Assembly (NCBI RefSeq): GCF_009914755.1
Contig: NC_060932.1
Length of the DNA stretch: 64,000 bases
Strand: one strand, 5' to 3'
DNA from: the human T2T-CHM13v2.0 reference genome, Homo sapiens
The notes beneath the pieces are model-generated. The model was not told where the DNA came from. It was given only the letters and a program-made list of their open reading frames with translations, and searched no databases. Every line of letters starts with the position of its first letter. Positions within the stretch are counted from its first letter, which is position 1. Both the position numbers and the translations under genes were made by a program. Positions 42,607-55,915 of this stretch are shown here, piece by piece.

Positions 42607-42912
<306 letters not shown>

Positions 42913-42929
42913 GTGACTTTTTGTTTTCT

Positions 42930-42992
42930 AATTTATTATTTTTATTTTTAAATATTTTATTTTATTTAAAGTCCTGGAATACATGTGCAGAA
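42930..42992 (-). mobile_element. Tiny L1PA 3'-tail remnant
   Basis: T-rich tract then TAAAGTCCTGGAATACATGTGCAGAA (L1PA7/8-like end). Confidence 0.6.
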
Positions 42993-43509
42993 ATTCCATT
43001 TTTTGTTTATTTTAATCAAATATATGCAATTTGTATCATGAAAAGTTCATAGAGAAAATAATAGCTAAATAACTTCAGTGGTTTAATTTTCCAACTAACT
43101 GTTAATTTCCTTTTTTTAATAAAAGAGAAAATTAAGTTAATTTCATGTAACTGCTGTCTTTTACAACACATTTAATAATCCTTATTTTTTATTATTATTA
43201 AAATGAGACAAAATACAGACATCTTGTGGCAGTTATTTGGTATGTAATTAGTAAATAACTATAGGTTACTCAAGTTATAAAATTATAAACAATATTTTAT
43301 ATTAAATTATACATGTGCATTTAAACATATATAACATTTTATATTAATTATTATATATTAATATTCAGTATTATGTGCAGTATATAAAATTATAAGACAT
43401 TTAACTGATAAAATATTGGATATCTAATTAGAATATAAAACAAAAGTAAAGTTTGAAAATCTGGTTATTCAAAAAATTCTCAGGTACCCACACCCTAATG
43501 GAATTATAT

Positions 43510-44030
43510 TTATTATCGTTTTGGTTTTCCAGTGTTTGACACCCTTTCTGTATTGAGAACATTTCCTATCCTTGTTAGGAAAGGGAACTCCCTTGCCAAA
43601 TACAAGTGTTGAAATTGTCAGATACTTACTTTCCTATCGTTTCTTGTACATGGAGCACAGCACATAACCTGGTCTCAGCCTACAAAATACATCCTCCATA
43701 GTAGTGGCTGGTGATGCAAAGAACAATGTAGAAATATTCACTCTGAAAAAAGGCAGTACCAGTTATGCAACATCTGAATTTCAAACCGCAGGGGCATTAC
43801 ATTCTCCAGTGGCCTGTGCTCACAGTGTTGGCAACCATGACAGTGCCTAGATTTCAGCAGAGATAGCAGTAATGACTTCAAGGGACAGATTCAGGGTGCC
43901 ATTGTGGCTAAAACTCTGGCTGGCCTGCATCTGACTTGGGTTCTTCAATTATAACATACCTGAATTCCTTTTTCTTTTCATTAGCCAGAATCTACTTCCT
44001 GCAGTTGTAACTAAGAATCCAAAATTTATA
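43510..44030 (+). mobile_element. ERVL LTR33-like solo LTR
   Basis: CAGATACTTACTTTCC, GGTGATGCAAAGAA, terminal TTAGCCAGA...TTGTAACTAAGAA. Confidence 0.65.
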
Positions 44031-44677
44031 GTCAACAAGACCACATGTATTCAATGGATAGAGTCTAATTTCATACTAATTTGGAGACTGTACTTCATTT
44101 TCCTTTGATATACACTTGATGTAATGCCTACGCTACCTATTTACATATATCAGTTGTTTGTCTTTGTTTTCACTAAAGCTCTTTCTTTATGGCAAATCAC
44201 ATCAATACTTTCAAAATTACATTGTAAAACTCACAGTTACATAATGTATGTTCATATTTCCATGCATATCTTTGGACTTTTTAACTATCTATAATCAAAT
44301 TTTCAGTAAGTAGAAACAAAAAAGGCATAGCAACATGCTTAGATTATAATTTTCCCTCAAAATACTTGGTACGATCCACTGTGATAAATTTATATGCCTT
44401 TTTTTGTTGTTGTTCTTGAAGAGACAATGTATCCTGTCGTTGGCAAGTTAGAAGAGGATATGGAAAAGGCAACTACCAAATCAATTGTTGTTGATTTTCA
44501 GATTTAGAAAGTAGCTTTTAAAATAAGCATACTTTAAAATAATTTGTTTTTATGTTAAAAGTTAGTAATCTCAAAGACCTAATGTTAAGCATTTTTATAT
44601 TAAGCAAAAATGTTGGTTATAATTTTAAAAACATCAAACCAACCAAAACAAGTTGAGAAATTATTTCAGCAACTAAT

Positions 44678-44711
44678 TTTGTCCCTCAACCAGCATATTC
44701 CCTATATAAAT
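44678..44711 (+). repeat. 34-bp dispersed direct repeat, copy 1 (partner 45633-45666)
   Basis: TTTGTCCC(T/C)CAACCAGCATATTCCCTATATAAAT, 1 mismatch. Confidence 0.95.
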
Positions 44712-44932
44712 TAAAGATATTTCAAGATTAGTAAACAAAGTCATTTAAAATAAACCATGTATTTTATAAAATATGGGGAAGCAGCAATGTAAATTGACTA
44801 AAGGGAGAAAATATGCTTCCTAGCACAACATACAAAGTCACCTGGAAAATATGAAGCTACTTGAGATTTCTGCTGGGCATGTGCTCTATCCATTCCTGCC
44901 TTCCTTTGCCTTCACTTTAGCAGTAAGCTGCT

Positions 44933-45407
44933 TGTTGCAGAGATTTTCTATTTCCCTTTCTAGTAAACTCCCTCCTTTCTCCGCCCTACTCTGTACCCTG
45001 AGAAGCTGACTTACAAAGATTTCATAAATCAAGTCCTTTGCCTTCTTTCTTCCAACTGGTTTGACCAGTGAAAAATACTAGCAGTAGTTCAAGTGAGCAA
45101 GAAGATGAAGTCATGGTGCATATTCCACCACTTCCTCCCTGTAAGTTCACATTAGATGGCTTCATTCCTCTCCTGAAGGCCACAGCTCTTGTTTGGTTGG
45201 TACCTCAATTGCTGCCCTTTTGGGCTTTGGTAACTGCTCTGTCTCCTTGTCTTCTGAGGTTTAAGGTAAAAAGAGTTTCTGGCTATTTCCATCTCTGAGG
45301 TCCTCTAATATCATTATCCAGTTGCCCTTAACTAGCTTTGTAAATAGACTCTCAAATTACTAATTTGAATGTGTTATATAATTATTGCCAAGACTCTATC
45401 TGATATA
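44933..45407 (+). mobile_element. ERVL LTR (LTR33A/B or LTR41-like)
   Basis: CTTTCTCCGCCCTACTCTGTACCCTGAGAAGCTGAC, TTCCTCTCCTGAAGGCCACAGCTC, CTTTGTAAATAG. Confidence 0.7.
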
Positions 45408-45632
45408 ACACTATTGATGCCTAGGCAAATGTCTTACCATTTATTTATGTTGGAAAAAAAGAACAGTTGAGATCCATTTCTGTATAGATTTAGGTAATTC
45501 AATCTAATGTACTTCATATAGCATTACTGTTTTTAGCATTATTTTATCATTGTTAAAAAATTAGAAAGCTTTAATTTACTTTAAATTAATTCATAAATAT
45601 GTAATTCCAGTGAGAATTATAATACCAAATGC

Positions 45633-45666
45633 TTTGTCCCCCAACCAGCATATTCCCTATATAAAT
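45633..45666 (+). repeat. 34-bp dispersed direct repeat, copy 2
   Basis: Matches 44678-44711, offset 955 bp. Confidence 0.95.
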
Positions 45667-47139
45667 AGATCCACACAAGAAGTCAGATGATCATCAGGTG
45701 TCAGATTTGCCAACAGGGAGTAAGAGGGCATTAGTTATCCACCGTAAATAATAACCAAATATTAAAATTGGTAGAATCTGAAGTGAACCAAAATTTATGA
45801 AGATTAATTTCCTGTTAACTAAGTAAATATAATGAGTGATAAAGGCAAGATTATAGAATTTTTGTGAGGAACTGTGAGAACATTTTCTCTCTCTTATTTC
45901 CTAGGCCTGCTGAAACACTAAGTATTATTCTTTCATTTTCTCTTCTTATTTGTTGATGTATGGACTTCCCAGCTTCAGAAATAATTGAGAAGAAATATTT
46001 AAAAAATTAGCACTATGTTCCCCTGCTAGAGCAGGTAGTTCTGAGGCATACTATTTTTTTAGAAGAGAAAAATTTGTTTCATATGTGTATGTATATAAAT
46101 ATATACATACACATACATATATATACACAGATATATATATAAGAATCTTTTACATAGTCTTATGGACATTATACATATTCTTACCTACATTATTTTATTA
46201 ATGATTGTTTTATTGGCCCAATTCATTTTATATTCGTTAACAGAAATCATAAATCGGACAGTTTCTTCAAGTGGCTCTTTTGAACATCTCGTGAAAGTAA
46301 CACTACCTAACTGAAGCAAGAAAACAGTATTTATGGGAATGGTCATGGATAGCTCACGGTAACAGTGGATTATGAAAAATAAGACCTTCAGAAGAACAGA
46401 AACAAAAGAATCTCTAGTTATTTAAGAAGCAGAAACTTGAACACATTTTCCCAAGTACATTGGCATAAAAATTGTCTGATGATGCTAATACAAGATCCGA
46501 CTACCTCTTACGCTAAAGTGGCACAGCTTATGATAACAATTCAGCCGATTACATCCTACCACTCTGCTTTTGGTGAAGGAAGACTGTGCTTTCCCATGGG
46601 TGATTATCCCACCATAATTTCAAGGGTGAGGAAGGGGCAGTTTCCCCAAATCATGCAATGCTGGAGAAACAAAAAAATTAAGGGTTCACAAAAATAAATC
46701 TGCTAATTTTAGAAAAAGAATGCCTCTTTTTAGTAATGATAAACATTTCACAGGATATCTTTTACGTTTTCTAATGTATCAATTTTTGTTTCCTAAAGAA
46801 TAGCAATTGACTGATTTTTAAGGAGATATTTCACATAATTGGAAAAGTCACATCTGTTACTACCATGTTTGATTTTCATATCTGATTATCAGCATATATG
46901 TTCATATTGGATTTTATGATAGGTTAAGATAGATGGAAGACAAACAGATAAAAAAATATTTTTCAATGGAACTTTCAAAATGATTTATGTTTCAATAAAT
47001 TTCAAAAACAGATTTTTTTTCAAATTTGGCAAAGAGTATAAAATAGAACCTACGTTAATGGAGCCCTCATGCAGATTTCCTAAAGTTTATAATAATAACA
47101 TTTGATTAATTACCTGAAGTAATCACTCTATGTGTGTCA

Positions 47140-47312
47140 AGAAAAAAATGTAATTGTTATGACAATCTTATGAAGAAAGCACAATTATAATTTTCTTTTA
47201 TATAGGAGATAACTGAGGCACAGAAAATGTAAATAAATTCCCCAGAATCCAGAGATGATACATCACATTCCCCAGTCTGCATTGTTCTTAACTACCTCCA
47301 CCTATACTGCCG
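47140..47312 (-). mobile_element. MIR
   Basis: ACAATCTTATGAAG...GAGATAACTGAGGCACAGA...CTTAACTAC..TATACTGCC. Confidence 0.65.
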
Positions 47313-47469
47313 TTCTCTTGGACAAACGTTATTAACATAAGCATCTGTTGACTAAATGCTAAAAATTTTAAGTTGAAACTTAGGTAAGCAGGAGACAAAT
47401 ATTGCTGTTATTTTACTTCAACATACATATTCTTTGATATCTATATTTTACTTAAATCCTATTCATAAT

Positions 47470-47602
47470 TATCAGTAGTAGTGACATGGGTAATAGTAGT
47501 GTGGTCATAGCGAGACAGATTAAGAGTAATCGTGATAGTAATAGCAGTGGTCATAATAAAAATAATGATGCTTACTGGTAGTACTAATAGTATTAGTGAT
47601 AA
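47470..47602. repeat. Degenerate (TAG/TAA)n low-complexity tract
   Basis: Repeated AGT/AAT triplets. Confidence 0.7.
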
Positions 47603-48045
47603 TTTCAAAAACACCAATCAGGCTGATGCTGCATTAAGTACTTTATATACACTAAGATTTCAGAGTTTAATTTTATTTCATGTGTAGATGGCTATGATGA
47701 TATTAATGGGCTATCTCACATCTCTGGGACTGTGGGTGTACAACCTCATTGACTCTGTTGCTGGTTTTCTTTCATTGTTGCACAAGCTAGCAGCTTTTGT
47801 TCATTTGATAGATGGGCAGATTCCAGGAGAGGGAGGCTAGGTATGAAGCTGGCAAGTGCTTCTGCCATGTTGTTTTGGCCAAAGGATGGTCATAAAAACA
47901 GCCCAAATATAAGAAGAGAGGAAGTGGATTTTAACTGATTGGTAATTACTGAAAAGTCAGATTGCCGGAGCCATGATTATTGAGACAAAAATAGCTGTGA
48001 GCATTTTTTGTTCTCTAGTATACTCTGTCTTTAAGGTCTGAGCAT

Positions 48046-48232
48046 GCACTGTCCAATATGGTGGTCTAAGCCATATGTGGCTGTTTATTGTAAGTAAATA
48101 AAATTAAAATTTAGTCACACAAACCTTATGTTAAGTGATCAATGACTACATATGGCTAGTGGCTACTTTACTGGACAAAATAAATCATAGAATTTTTCTA
48201 GCATCTCAGCAAGTTCTATTGAAGAGTTCCAT
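48046..48232 (-). mobile_element. MER3-like hAT-Charlie non-autonomous DNA transposon
   Basis: GCACTGTCCAATATGGT..GCCATATGTGGCT...CATATGGCTAGTGGCTAC...TGGACA...AAGTTCTATTG. Confidence 0.8.
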
Positions 48233-48249
48233 ATAACAAGATACAACTA

Positions 48250-48471
48250 TAATTGATGTGTGTTTCTTCTGAGCTGAGGCTTTTAAGTGGTTTGCCCCTC
48301 ACGTAGCCATCTGCTGATTGAAGACATTTAATAGAGCTAAGCTGAGACCAAAATTGCCCAGCTGAGCCCAACCTAAAGGCAAATCCAAGGAATTATAAAT
48401 TTAATAGATGCCTTTTATTTGAAACCACAGTTTGGGCATTGTTTGTTTTGCAGTAAAAACTAATTAATTCA
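48250..48471 (+). mobile_element. MLT1 (H/I-like) LTR 3' part
   Basis: TGCCCAGCTGAGCCCAACCTAAA...TTGTTTGTTTTGCAGTAA. Confidence 0.65.
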
Positions 48472-48579
48472 CATTCTTGAACCTAATTTCAGTAGACGGT
48501 TGGGAAATACAATCCAGAAGTTTGATATGAGAAGAAGAAATGGATTTTTGTGAACAGTTTTCAGTCTGCTATCTTATAG

Positions 48580-48826
48580 TAGGCACTAATGTAATCCTTT
48601 ATGTTATTCATGTTGGTTTTTTAAATTCACTAATCCCAACAAATATGCTATAACTTAGATATTATTAACTATAATTTATGCATGATAAAAGTGTGACTGA
48701 GATGCTTTAATTTATTAAAAGATGTCAATTTATTTGGCAAAGATTTTATAGTTAGCCATAAGCACATGGGTCTATCCTTAAATTCAGGTTCTGTATGCTT
48801 CCACTTTCCACAGCATGCTGCCTCCA
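48580..48826 (-). mobile_element. MIR, highly diverged
   Basis: AGGCACT..., TAATCCCAACAA, ATTATTAAC..ATTT, CATGCTGCCTCC end. Confidence 0.45.
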
Positions 48827-49119
48827 TCCTTTATAATTTAACTTTTTTGTTTCATTTTCCATATAAAGCTAAAATTTGGAAAATACAAAAATAAAACACC
48901 TAAAATAAACTTATACTCTTAGCACACAGAGAAAGTTGTGTCTAACATTTTGCTAGGTTCCATTATACTAATTTCTCTAGGTAGGCATATTTATCTCATG
49001 TAGTTTGATCACAGGGTAAGTCAAGGTTTGTGCTCTGTTGTTGCTCTTTTGCCAAAAAAGACTAGCTTATAATATTTGAATCATATTGGTAAAATATTTA
49101 TCTTAAAAAAGGCTGCCTT

Positions 49120-49461
<342 letters not shown>

Positions 49462-49493
49462 CTAATTTGTACATAATCTTAGGTTTTCAATTT

Positions 49494-49548
49494 ATTATAT
49501 ATTATATATAATGTATATTAAAGTGTGTGTGTATATGTGTGTGTGTAT

Positions 49549-49603
<55 letters not shown>

Positions 49604-49605
49604 CA
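49494..49605. repeat. (TG)n(TA)n compound microsatellite
   Basis: Pure (TA)n run of about 40 bp preceded by TG-rich repeats. Confidence 0.95.
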
Positions 49606-49699
49606 CTCTTACTCTCAAAAGAAAAGTGATATAGCCTCCAAAGTTCAGAGTAGTTTCACAATGTGTCCAAGTTCACAATGCTTGTATATGGTTTGGGGC

Positions 49700-50140
49700 C
49701 TGTGAAAACTGGGGTACATCTACATTCCTCCTCTGCTTTCCTCTTTCAAAATACAGAGGAGCTAACTCCTGTCGCTGCATCTACTTGGCTCCAGGCTGGC
49801 TTCTGGCTGTGTCTGGCCAATGAGCTATACTAGTGAGAGTTTGGATGGCAGCAGAGGATAGAAAGGAGAGGGTAGAAAGCAGGCAAATAAGAGGGAGTGG
49901 CAACAACTCTTTCCTCCCTGGGTTCATATTCTGTTAGATTATCCTTGACTTGGGGCTCTGTTAATGTCTCCTTCTGCTCTTCCAAACAAGCATTGGCAAT
50001 CCCTTCTAGCTGTTAAACCACGGTTTGTTTCAGCATCCTTTGTTTGATATCTCACCTATTCCATAGTCTGCCTGTATAAGCATTTAAGGTCCTTTATTTT
50101 AAAACTCAAGTGACTCTTGCTTGTTTCCTGGAGCCTGCAT
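49700..50140 (+). mobile_element. ERVL LTR (LTR33/41-group-like), diverged
   Basis: CTGGCTTCTGGCTGTGTCTGGCCAATG and TTGTTTCCTGG terminal motif; similar in layout to 44933-45407. Confidence 0.55.
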
Positions 50141-51169
50141 TTCTAAATATTGTCTTTAATATATATTCTCAGAAGTGACATACACTTCTAGATCAAAATT
50201 TCTGTAAAAATTTGATTAGAATAATTTTTTAAGTATTAATGGGAAGAGATTACTATAACATTTCTGGCTTCCTGGTAGATTTTTGTGGCCTGATCACATT
50301 AAGAAACTGACTAATTATGCCTCCCAGGATGACCTAAAGCTATGTGAAACTTTTAATAAATTGCAAAATCTCCCAGACATTTAATGTATATTGAGGAAAG
50401 TAACCCAACATGCTACAGGCTTTTGGTCAACAGTTTTGTTTTCTTTTCCTCTAGGCCTATTGTGTATTCAGTATTACTGAACTCTTTAATTATGGTTATT
50501 CCAAAATTTTCAGAATTCTTTCATTTCCAATTTCCATAAGTTGATACAAATAGTTTTATTTATCTCTGATATGAGCAATTTATTAGATATAATGCTCCTG
50601 TAAAAATTCTAGAATTACCTGAAATTTGCAGTTCCCATATTTGATATTTTTCTGTATTATTAGAGTTTCGATCTGTACTCAGACTGTATTATAAATGTCC
50701 TTGTATTGCTCAACCAGTTTAATAGTATCATACAACTATATTGCTCATTTCCCTTTCAGCTTTCTCCATCAGAATAGCCCATAAAGTATTTTCATTCCCA
50801 GAATAATAGAATTCTAGACAGGTGTATTATATCTTCTTAATATAAAAAAAATTCTACTTTACCTAGTAGTGTGAATAAGATCTCTTTTTTCACATAAAGT
50901 AATACAGCCATGAGAACTTTATTACCACATCTTGGAATTCTTATGTTAAACTATCATGTTAATTTTGTTACTGTCATGTTTGGTGCTGAATGAATAGTGC
51001 AATGTTCTTCATACTATCAATATTTAAATTTTTATCTGGATATCTGGTTTGATTCCTACAATTTCACTTTAAGTCCTCTTTGATCAAGTCAGCAAACCTG
51101 TGGACAAAAAATATATGCTCTTTCTTCTTTCAGTGTGATGAATTTCATCCTTATCCAGCATCTAACATA

Positions 51170-51300
51170 AAGATATAAACTATGTTATATAAACTATATA
51201 ATATATAGTTATATGTTATATATATAACTATATTTATAAAAATATATACTTTATAACATGTAAAATGTATATTAATACATATATGTTTACATATATCTAT
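51170..51300. repeat. AT-rich low-complexity tract
   Basis: Degenerate TA repeats. Confidence 0.8.
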
Positions 51301-52704
51301 CTTTTCCAAACTTAAGTTACTCAGTTGGAGAACAAAAATGAAACTCCAATTTAACCACAACTTCTGTGATTTTAATTCAGTGTTTTACTCATTCATCCAT
51401 CATGCAGGCAAGAACAAATTCATTCATTAATGCACTAATTCAGTAATTCATTAATTTTTTCTATATAAATGTATTACATTCTTGCTGTGTGAAATGTTCC
51501 TTAATTTACTCTTGTTTTCCAGCTCTCTTTTTTACAGAGTTTTTCATCCACATATTAAGCAGCACATTTATAAATCAGTTGTAGGTACTCCAATAAAAAA
51601 TTACATTGCACAGCTTAAAAATATAAATAATTTTGTAGTTGTTTTTGTTTCTCAAATTATAAATGGCCAGAGATATCTTTTTTAATCATATATTTATAAA
51701 AGAGCTGATAATATTTGGAGAGCTACCATCTACACGTTTAGCATAGTATGTGATCATGAAGCTATAAATTAACTAGCCATGGGACCTTATGTATGTAATG
51801 GTAAAAGTAAACAACTGAAACATCTTCTTTAGTAAATACACACACTTCTCCCATAAATACACTTAGGTACCATGCAAAGATAACAATGGAAGCAAGTACT
51901 TGGGGAACATGCTGTGATTAGCATTTGTTGTAATAAACACATGAAAAACTTAATCATTTATTAATAGCCAGGAATGTTATTTATGGAACATGAAGTAATT
52001 ACAAAGTTGGACTTTATAATATCACATTTTTAAATACCACATATAAAATGTAAAACAAAGAATGCTAATGATAACATTTTGCTTTACAGTAGCTTAAGAA
52101 TTAGATACTGACACACAATACAATCATAGGATTGATGAAATTTATATTACAGTAGATATGAACTGGCAAAGAAGAATGATAAAATTTGTAGCAATATATG
52201 CTCTTACATGAAATGTATAATTTGATTTTTAGCCACTAAGCTGCAATAAATTTTGTTTTGTTTCATGTTATCTTGTTAAACCTGATAGCAATAATTGGTT
52301 TTTATGTCATTTCTTCAATTTTATTTCTTGTAGCCACGAGTTTCAACAGTTCTCCAATATGTGTATTGATTTTGAAGCTTTGCCAGTGCTTTTGCCTTTT
52401 GTTACTAGGCAAAGGAGTACATGTTAACCTTTCAAATTATTGATCCTTAGAAGAAAGAAAGAGAGAAAATGCCTTTATTTAGTGTTAATGTAAAGTTTAT
52501 CATAATACTTTTCCGACATTTGTTCATGTTTCAAACATCATATCTAAGCTCTGGGCAAAATTATTTAAAATGTAGATATATATTAGGTTTCCAAAAATAT
52601 ATTTCCCTCTATATCTCTGTCACTAACGCAATTGAAAGATGTATTCATTTTTACCAAATTCTATAGTTAGTGATCACTATGAGATTTTTAAATATTCATA
52701 TTCC

Positions 52705-52815
52705 ATTTAATCAAACTAATATTTACTGAGCACAGAAGATATGACAGGCATTATGCTGAGAGAAGATAAGGTAATTCTTCCTAAATATATAATGCTCAAC
52801 TTCACAGACCTTGGT
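52705..52815 (-). mobile_element. L2 3'-end fragment
   Basis: AATATTTACTGAGCAC...ATGACAGGCATTATGCT. Confidence 0.55.
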
Positions 52816-53506
52816 AATAATCAATACACACACACACACATAACATATCATACTTATGTTTGTGTCTTTTTTCTTAAAATGAAAAGAAAAATCTTTTACA
52901 AAAACATAATAGTTTATTAAGAGAGTAAATGCTGATGAATTTAAAATATATGATAAGAAAATAAGATTGGAAAAATGTTAAAGAATATGTCAATTAAAAT
53001 TCTTGTTGCAAATAATATAAATCTGTTATGAATTTGCTTCTGGGAAAAATGGGAAGGTATTTGAGAAAACTGGGTTAACACATGGAAAACCAGAGCCATG
53101 ATGACTGATTTTTAGTAAGAACCATAAACTACAAAGTAGAAGCTATCTACATTCATGTCAAAAGTCATTTTCATCACATGGTCTCTTGTAGCTATAATCT
53201 TTTTCCTGCATGTCTGCTTTCTTTTCCATTTCTGCTGCATGCCTTTTCTTCTCCTTAGAGCTGGCTGTCTCAGAGCACTAGCGTTGAAATCTGGGATCAT
53301 TCTCCCCGTTTCCATTCACCCCTCAGGCTTTGGCCTTTCCGAGGGCCTGCCACCATCTGTTATGACGGCAAGTACATAGGACTGGGAGAAAGGATGTGAA
53401 GTAGAGGCAGGGAATACTTGGAGGCTGACCAGTCAGGCTACATTAATTGTTATTTCCTATCTAGGGCTCTTCTAACTACATTGATGTAGTCATAAAATTA
53501 TTTATT

Positions 53507-53605
53507 TTTTTATTTTTATTTTTTGCAGTTGCAAGATTTAATAGAGTGAAATAGAGTGGAAACAGAGCTCCCATACAAAGGGAGGGGACCCAAAGAGGGT
53601 AGCCC
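53507..53605 (-). mobile_element. HERV-W (LTR17) 3'-end retrocopy: ~81 bp body plus poly(A), 13-bp TSD
   Basis: Reverse complement GGCTACCCTCTTTGGGTCCCCTCCCTTTGTATGGGAGCTCTGTTTCCACTCTATTTCACTCTATTAAATCTTGCAACTGC+A-tail matches the HERV-W mRNA 3' end as I recall it; TSD AAAATTATTTATT at 53494-53506 and 53606-53618. Confidence 0.9.
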
Positions 53606-53619
53606 AAAATTATTTATTA

Positions 53620-53740
53620 ATATTACTTTTGTTTTATATAATAAGAAACTGATGTTTCTATAGATGAAGTGACATTCAGAAACCATACACCTAGGAAGTG
53701 GCAGAGCCAAGCTGATCTGACTGCACTATTAACCACTATA
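53620..53740 (-). mobile_element. MIR
   Basis: AAGAAACTGA...GAAGTGAC...ACACCTAGGAAGTGGCAGAGCCA...TTAACCACTATA. Confidence 0.7.
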
Positions 53741-53744
53741 TTCC

Positions 53745-54325
53745 AGTTCTTAGAGAACAAAGATGAAGACAAGAAATGGATACTAAAGCTTTATTTGGGA
53801 GAAGAAATCCCGGACAATAAAGGTGTGGAGGAAGAGAAGGAAGGTCAGGGAGAATGAGAAAAAATGCAATGTGTTGTGTTGGAGCTCTTTCCAATTTACA
53901 ATGAGCCACAGGAAGACTTAATGAATGGCTCTGCACGTGAAATTTTGCAAATCACTGAAGAAACATCATAGAAAATATTTGCCTAGGAACACTCCAAGGG
54001 AGAAAAATAACTCATCTCGTTGGTTCTTTCCTATTTCCACCATCCCATTGGAGAACAATTTGTTTCATTCAGAACTTTTGGCAGATGCTTAGGATGGTGG
54101 ATCTAAAGCCCTGTGAAATGGTTTCTCAATGAAGTCAGGAAGTGGACCAGAGAGGTAGGAAAATTGTTTGTACCATTTCAGGTGAAGAAATGGTACAATT
54201 GTTTGTACCATTTCAGGTGTGGGCTTGTCCAGAAGCAGCATGCTGTGGTAGATACTGAGGCAAACGGAGGAGCTGAGAGTTCAGCCTCAGATAAAACTGA
54301 TAAAATCTGACCAGCCACCTAAGAT
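53745..54325 (-). mobile_element. Old ERVL LTR (LTR16-group-like), tentative
   Basis: TTTATTTGGGAG..ATCCCGGA...GGAAGGTCAGGGAG motif. Confidence 0.4.
54162..54219. repeat. 23-bp direct duplication joined by a 12-bp inverted copy (DUP-INV-DUP)
   Basis: AATTGTTTGTACCATTTCAGGTG x2; spacer GAAATGGTACAA (54187-54198) is the reverse complement of TTGTACCATTTC. Confidence 0.95.
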
Positions 54326-55309
54326 ATAAATAGAACCAACAAAAATATAGTAGAAGAGGTTAAGAAAGGTCGACTCAGCTTCTGTTTCTCATGATTTTTC
54401 TGGAAAGCAATTAAAAACAACCCTTCCAATAAATTTAACTAAAGTTCATAAGGAGACAGATGCCAGGAGCGTCAACACAGCCTGTGGGAGGTAACGCAGA
54501 CTTGAGGGGATCTATGGGGCCAAGACCAGGTAAAAGGATTATTATAGCATGGTTTATGCAACAAACAGGAGCTGTAATTAGATTTAATTGTAGATTCATG
54601 GGAGAGCCTGAAATATAGGGTTAAGTGGAAAATGAAGCACAATTACTGGTTACAGTGTAGGAAAGTAGCAAGAGATTGTCACTTTCATTTGAACCAGGGG
54701 AACAAGTCATGTAAGCTACAGAATGCTAACATTAAAAGAAATACATAGCTGGAAGCACAAACAAATCTAGAAGAACCAAATACTAAGTATTAACACGTGT
54801 TTTCTACTAGTTGTTTCCATCATTTCATCATTTACAGTGTGGAAGTAAGATTATAAAGATAAATCCAACATTGGCAGATAGGTTTAAGGAGAAACCAGGT
54901 GGGCATTTAATAGGTAGTACATGTGGATTTACATAATGGATTAGAATCCCAAGGAATATAAGCCACAGAGTTGCAACTGCCTGCCCTTTTTTCTTACCTA
55001 TTTTCACTGAGTCCCCAAGGCTAGTAAACTTATGACTGGAGACAGGGTTTGAGATCTGAATAAGGAGTATCCTAAAGCATTCAGGGCTTCTCCACAATAC
55101 AAGACAGTGGAAATACAAAAATTTGAGAATCAAAAACTAGAGCAAAAGTAAAAGGGCTAAGAGAATTCAGCTCCAGCCTGTGACGGCTTCATTGAGGACT
55201 GCATATCTGAGCTTCACTGAATACTGTGTAGCCACCCTTTGAAGACTGGAGGCAGGATTACAAAATGGTTAGCTACCACCGAGGAGCAGAACACAAGGGG
55301 TACAACTGG

Positions 55310-55413
55310 AGGCAAGGATGACTCTCCAGTGATGCCATAAGCTAGCAGTTGGCATATAAAAAGGCAAGGATGACTCTCCAGTGATGCCATAAGCTAGCAG
55401 GTGGCATACAAAA
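55310..55413 (+). repeat. 52-bp tandem duplication
   Basis: AGGCAAGGATGACTCTCCAGTGATGCCATAAGCTAGCAG(T/G)TGGCATA(T/C)AAAA x2, 2 mismatches. Confidence 0.95.
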
Positions 55414-55915
55414 AAAGAGATATGTCTCACAGCTTGGGAGGCTCTCATATTATTTGTGAAGGAGTACAATTTCAGCTGAACATAGACTTAATAAATTTAA
55501 AAGTCATATAGTAAATTATAGAGCAAATCTAAAGATACAAAAGATACACAACTAAAAAGACAATTCAAGGAAAGAATATTACCAAAATAGCCAGACCACC
55601 GAAAATAAGCAAGGAAAGAAGATATGTAGGAACAAGAAAGAGATTGAATAAATAGAAAACAAATAAGTGGTAGACTTAAACCCAATCGTATTAACAATTA
55701 CATTAAATGAAAATAGATAAACTTCCCAATTAAAAGGCCGAGTGTGGTGGACTGGAATTTTTTTTTTTTTGAGAACAATAAACAGTTATCTGTTGCTTAC
55801 ACAACACCTTTAAAATAAAATGACAAAGACAGGGTGAAATTTAAGAGGTGGAAAAAGATGAACGAAGGAAACATTAAGGATCATAAAGTTAGGAGAAGTA
55901 AAAAAGGACATTTTT

